Assembly (NCBI GenBank): GCA_963810915.1
Contig: CAWEPH010000006.1
Coordinates: forward strand, 939,030-1,003,029
DNA from: an uncultured Actinomycetes bacterium
Lineage (GTDB): Bacteria; Actinomycetota; UBA4738; HRBIN12
Direction: 5' to 3'
DNA: 64,000 nt
A model generated the notes under the pieces. The model had not been told where the DNA came from and searched no databases. It saw only the letters and a list, made by a program, of their open reading frames with translations. This document shows positions 60,324 through 64,000 of this stretch, piece by piece (position 1 is the first letter of the stretch; each line of letters begins with the position of its first letter). Position numbers and translations under genes: made by a program.

Positions 60324-63044
60324 GCGATGACCGACACCGATGCCACCTATCCGGTCCACCGGGAGGCCGACGTCGTCCTGCGCGACGGCAGTACCGTGCA
60401 CATCCGTCCCGCGCGCGCGGAGGACCAGGAACCGCTCGAGGACTATTTCATCGGCCTGTCCGACGAGAGTCGCCGCCTTCGGTTCTGGGGGGCGTCGGTA
60501 GACGTTCGCGAACAATCATCCCGAGCCGTCAATATCGACTACGCGGATCACCTGACGCTGCTCGCGTTCGAGGGGGCGGAGAAGCCCGTCGTGGTGGGCG
60601 GCGCGCAGTACATCCGCGAGCCGGGCAGCGCCCGCGCCGAGGTGGCGATGAGCACCGCCGACCACTTCCAGGGACGCGGGCTGGCCTCGCTGTTGATCGC
60701 GCAGCTCGCGCAGGCGGCGGACGAACACGGCATCCGGTTCTTCTTCGCCGAGGTGCTCCCCGAGAACCACAAGATGATCGACGTCTTCCGTCGCACCGGC
60801 TTCCCGGTCTCGATCCACGCGAAGCCCGGCGTGGTCGAGGTGGAGTTCCCCACGATCATCACCGACGCGACGGCGGAGCGTTACGGCGACCGCGAGCGGA
60901 TCGCCGCCGCGAACGCGGTCAGGACCTTCCTCCAGCCCTCGTCGATCGCGGTGATCGGCGCCTCGCGCGACCCGGCCACGATCGGCGGCAGGCTCCTGAA
61001 GAACCTGCTGGGGCAGCCGTTCTCCGGCGTGGTGTATCCGGTGAACCCCACGGCGGACCACGTCCAGGCCGTGCCGGCGTTCGCCTCGGTCACGGACATC
61101 CCCGACGAGGTCGATCTCGCGATCGTGGCGGTGCCCGCCGCCGGGGTCCTCGATGTCGCACGGCGATGCGCGGAGAAGGGCGTCAAGGGCCTCGTCGTGA
61201 TCTCAGCCGGGTTCGGCGAGACCGACGACGAGGGTCGCGCTCGCCAGCACGAGCTCGTGGAGATCTGCCGGGCCACGGGGATGCGGCTGATCGGGCCCAA
61301 CTGCATGGGCGTGATCAACACTGACCCCGAGGTGCGCATGAATGGCACCTTCGCGCAGGCCTATCCGCCCGAGGGACATGTGGCCTTCATGTCGCAGTCC
61401 GGGGCGCTGGGGATCGCGGTGATCAACATGGCCACGGCCCTCGGCATGGGCCTGTCGTCGTTCGTCTCCGTGGGCAACAAGGCCGACATCTCCGGCAACG
61501 ACCTGCTGTGCTACTGGGACGAGGATCCGAACACCGACGTGGTGCTCCTGTATCTGGAGTCGTTCGGGAACCCGCGGCGCTTCGGACAGCTGGCCCGCCA
61601 GATCGGCAAACGCAAGCCGATCGTGGCCGTCAAGAGCGGTCGCAGCGCCGCGGGGCAGCGCGCGGCAAGTTCGCACACCGGGGCGCTGCTCTCCTCGTCC
61701 GACACCACCGTGGACGCGCTCTTCCGTCAGTACGGGGTGATCCGGACCGACACGCTCGAGGAGATGTTCGATGTCGCCACCCTCCTGGTGAACCAGCCCG
61801 TCCCGAAGGGGCGCAACGTGGCCATCGTCACGAACGCGGGCGGCCTCGCGATCCAGTGCGCCGACACCTGCGAGGCGCGCGGGCTCCACGTACCCGAGCT
61901 CGCCGAGGCCACCGTGGCTGAGCTCCGGACGTTCCTCCCGCCGGCCGCCGGCGTCTCCAATCCGGTGGACATGATCGCGTCGGCCTCGGGCGAGGATTAC
62001 GGGCACACGATCCGCACGGTGGCTTCGGATCCGAGCGTCGACGCCCTGATCGTGATCTACATCCCGCCGATCGAGGCCGACGCGCCGGAGATCGCGCAGC
62101 ACATGGTGGAGGCGATCGGCGCGCTCGACGAACGGATCCCCGTCCTTACGTGCTTCATGTCCTCCCGTGGCCTTCCCGACGATCTCTCGGCCCCGGGCGT
62201 GCGCATCCCTTCGTATCCCTTCCCCGAGCAGGCGGCGATCGCGCTCGCGCATGCCGCGGACCTCGGCACCTGGCGCGAGAAGCCGGAGGGCGCCGTACCG
62301 GAGTTCCCGGGGATCCGCGAGGACGAGGCGACGGCGGTCATCGCCACCGCGCTCGAGCGCGGCGAGGGGTGGCTGGAGCCGCAGGAGATCGAGCGCCTGT
62401 TCGCCTGCTACGGGATCCCGACGGCCCGCGAGGAACAGGTGCGGACGGCGCAGGAGGCCGCGGAGGCCGCCGCGGGGTTCCACGGGAAGGTCGCGTTGAA
62501 GGCCGTGGGCCCGCTCCACAAGACCGAGAGCGGTGCCGTGACGCTCGGCTTGGACGCCATGGAGGTGGCCGCGGAGGCGGAGGCGATGCGGACCCGCGTG
62601 GCGGCGGTGGGCGAGCCGTTCGAGGGCTTCCTGCTCCAGGAGATGCTCTCGGGCGGCGTGGAGATGCTCGTGGGCATGGCCGCGGATCCAGTGTTCGGGC
62701 CGATCGTCGCGGCCGGCGCCGGAGGGGTCATGGTCGAGCTCACCCGGGATGTCGCCATCCGGGTGGCTCCGCTCACCGATCTCGACGCGAGCGAGATGAT
62801 CCGCTCGCTGACCAGCTTCCCGTTGCTGGACGGGTTCCGCGGCGACGCCCCCAAGGATGTGCACGCCCTCGAAGACATCGTGCTCAGGGTCTCGGCCCTC
62901 GCGGCCGAGCACCCGGCCATCGTTGAGATGGACTGCAACCCGGTCATCGTGTTGGAACGAGGCGCGGCCGTGGTAGACGCGCGCGTCCGCGTGCGCGAGC
63001 CGAGGCCCGAGCCCCCGTTCGCCGCTCGCACGTCCGGCAGCTAG
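60324..63044 (+). CDS. Bifunctional GNAT acetyltransferase / NDP-forming acyl-CoA synthetase-like protein (Streptomyces-type Pat protein-lysine acetyltransferase architecture)
   Basis: N-terminal GNAT (...HFQGRGLASLLIAQL..., acetyl-CoA site). Then CoA-binding (SIAVIGASRDP...GGRLLKNLL), succinyl-CoA-synthetase-like and ATP-grasp domains. 906 aa, intact. Confidence 0.75.
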   Translation, partial: AMTDTDATYPVHREADVVLRDGSTVHIRPARAEDQEPLEDYFIGLSDESRRLRFWGASVDVREQSSRAVNIDYADHLTLLAFEGAEKPVVVGGAQYIREPGSARAEVAMSTADHFQGRGLASLLIAQLAQAADEHGIRFFFAEVLPENHKMIDVFRRTGFPVSIHAKPGVVEVEFPTIITDATAERYGDRERIAAANAVRTFLQPSSIAVIGASRDPATIGGRLLKNLLGQPFSGVVYPVNPTADHVQAVPAFASVTDIPDEVDLAIVAVPAAGVLDVARRCAEKGVKGLVVISAGFGETDDEGRARQHELVEICRATGMRLIGPNCMGVINTDPEVRMNGTFAQAYPPEGHVAFMSQSGALGIAVINMATALGMGLSSFVSVGNKADISGNDLLCYWDEDPNTDVVLLYLESFGNPRRFGQLARQIGKRKPIVAVKSGRSAAGQRAASSHTGALLSSSDTTVDALFRQYGVIRTDTLEEMFDVATLLVNQPVPKGRNVAIVTNAGGLAIQCADTCEARGLHVPELAEATVAELRTFLPPAAGVSNPVDMIASASGEDYGHTIRTVASDPSVDALIVIYIPPIEADAPEIAQHMVEAIGALDERIPVLTCFMSSRGLPDDLSAPGVRIPSYPFPEQAAIALAHAADLGTWREKPEGAVPEFPGIREDEATAVIATALERGEGWLEPQEIERLFACYGIPTAREEQVRTAQEAAEAAAGFHGKVALKAVGPLHKTESGAVTLGLDAMEVAAEAEAMRTRVAAVGEPFEGFLLQEMLSGGVEMLVGMAADPVFGPIVAAGAGGVMVELTRDVAIRVAPLTDLDASEMIRSLTSFPLLDGFRGDAPKDVHALEDIVLRVSALAAEHPAIVEMDCNPVIVLERGAAVVDARVRVREPRPEPPFAARTSGS

Positions 63045-63054
63045 CATCGACGGC

Positions 63055-63396
63055 ATGAGCAGACAACCCGCCCCCGCGCACCGGTTCGATATGGCCCGGT
63101 TCAAGGAACTCGCCGAGCACGTCAACATGACCGTAGACGAGTTCCTCATGTTCCTGGACTCCCCACCGGGGCGTCGGTTGCGGCAGGTCGTGGCCACCGG
63201 GCTGATCGTGTCGGTGCCGTTCGTGATGCGCATCCCCGGCTTGCGCCGCTCTCCGATCGGCCGCGCGATCGAGCTCGTGGGCGGCGCCGCCCTCGTGATG
63301 CGTCTCGCCGACGCGATCCGCGATTGGGAGCGCTCGGAGTCCGCCAAGCGAGGGGGCGGCCGCGGCCCGGTCATCGACGTTCCGCCCGCGACCTGA
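63055..63396 (+). CDS. Hypothetical protein
   Basis: 113-aa ORF 10 nt after the Pat stop. One hydrophobic segment. No family recognised. Confidence 0.35.
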   Translation: MSRQPAPAHRFDMARFKELAEHVNMTVDEFLMFLDSPPGRRLRQVVATGLIVSVPFVMRIPGLRRSPIGRAIELVGGAALVMRLADAIRDWERSESAKRGGGRGPVIDVPPAT

Positions 63397-63425
63397 CGAG
63401 CCTCCGTTCATATCGCCGACACCCG

Positions 63426-64000
63426 TTCGTGGGAGCATAGGGTCGATGAGCGCGGTGCCGTACCCCGCCCCCGACGACCGGCCCTTCGCCGTCGTGGACA
63501 TCGGCTCCAACTCGGGCCGCATGATCGTCTTTCGCCTCCGCGACGGCGAACACCTCGATGTCATCGAGGACGCTCGTGCCCCCCTTCGCTTGGCACGGGA
63601 CCTCCGCGATTCGGACACCCTGGGACCGGAAGCGATCGAGCGCACCCTGGAGGCGCTGCGCGATTTCAAGGCGGTCGCGCGAGGCGCCGGGGCTGCACGC
63701 ATGATCGCGGTGGCCACGGCCGCGGTGCGCGACGCCGAGGACGGCGACGAGCTGGTGGAGCGCGCGCAACACCTGGGGGTGCCGCTGCAGGTGATCGACG
63801 GCGACCACGAGGCGCGGCTCGGATTCTTCGGTGCGGTGCACGATCTGCCCGTGACGAGCGGGCTCACGATGGACGTCGGCGGCGGGAGCGTCGAGCTGGT
63901 GCGCTTCCGCGACCGGCGACTCGAGCGCGCTTGGTCGATGCAGCTCGGCTCCCTCCGCATGAGCGACCGGTTCCTCGAGTCGGATCCACCCGCCGCCACG
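63426..64000 (+). CDS. Ppx/GppA-family phosphatase (exopolyphosphatase / pppGpp phosphohydrolase), 3' end outside window
   Basis: FAVVDIGSNSGRMIVFRL...IAVATAAVRDA...GFFGAVHDL...DVGGGSVEL are ASKHA-fold Ppx/GppA motifs. No stop before the window end. Confidence 0.7.

Noticed and set aside
61203-63374. 723-aa minus-strand ORF
   Set aside because: Antisense to the Pat-like GNAT/ACS gene.

Overview
This 64-kb window is high-GC and Actinobacteria-like, with gene order matching Mycobacterium in several places.

**1–11 kb, conserved core block**
- A NarL-type response regulator with a PAS sensor kinase.
- A class A PBP (PonA-like) with its upstream DUF5318 (Rv0049-like) gene.
- A cupin protein and a DUF983 protein.
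- A complete Tad/Flp pilus operon (TadE-like, TadE, Flp/DUF4244, TadC, TadB, TadA) on the minus strand.
- Many of these genes carry apparent frameshifts: the kinase, the PBP, and four of the six Tad genes (the TadE-like gene, TadC, TadB, TadA).

**11–44.5 kb, apparently accessory**
- An MFS transporter fused to a cyclic-nucleotide-binding domain. It is divergent from a head-to-tail, translationally coupled array of eight LipJ/Rv1900c-like paralogs (alpha/beta-hydrolase-fold N-domain plus class III nucleotidyl cyclase C-domain). Two of the copies are decayed, one by a ~122-bp internal tandem duplication.
- A PotBCD-like ABC importer with no ATPase gene.
- Lipoproteins and an SMP-30/gluconolactonase-type propeller.
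- Two paralogous RND permeases under an intramembrane-sensing two-component system.
- Acyltransferase_3, amidohydrolase, PPK2, and a polytopic membrane protein fused to an FkbM methyltransferase.

**44.5 kb onward**
- The actinobacterial ssd/CpaE-like ATPase, which in Mycobacterium sits next to tadA.
- Ordinary chromosome genes: M15 peptidase, GyrI-like, MoaD-like, BNR/Ycf48-like, HAD, PadR, Tag, Lgt, an STPK with a BNR propeller, a LAL-type LuxR regulator, a sulfatase, a GNAT+NDP-forming acyl-CoA synthetase (Pat-like), and a partial Ppx/GppA.
- A tRNA-like element with anticodon UCA (candidate selC) lies just upstream of the Pat-like gene.

**Caveats**
- Apparent frameshifts cluster at 1–11 kb, 19.7–22.5 kb and ~28.6 kb, and none is seen after 29.5 kb. 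This could be local sequence error or genuine gene decay, and raw sequence alone cannot distinguish them.
- No CRISPR arrays, rRNA genes or transposases were seen.
- All coordinates are hand-derived, and start codons are approximate.
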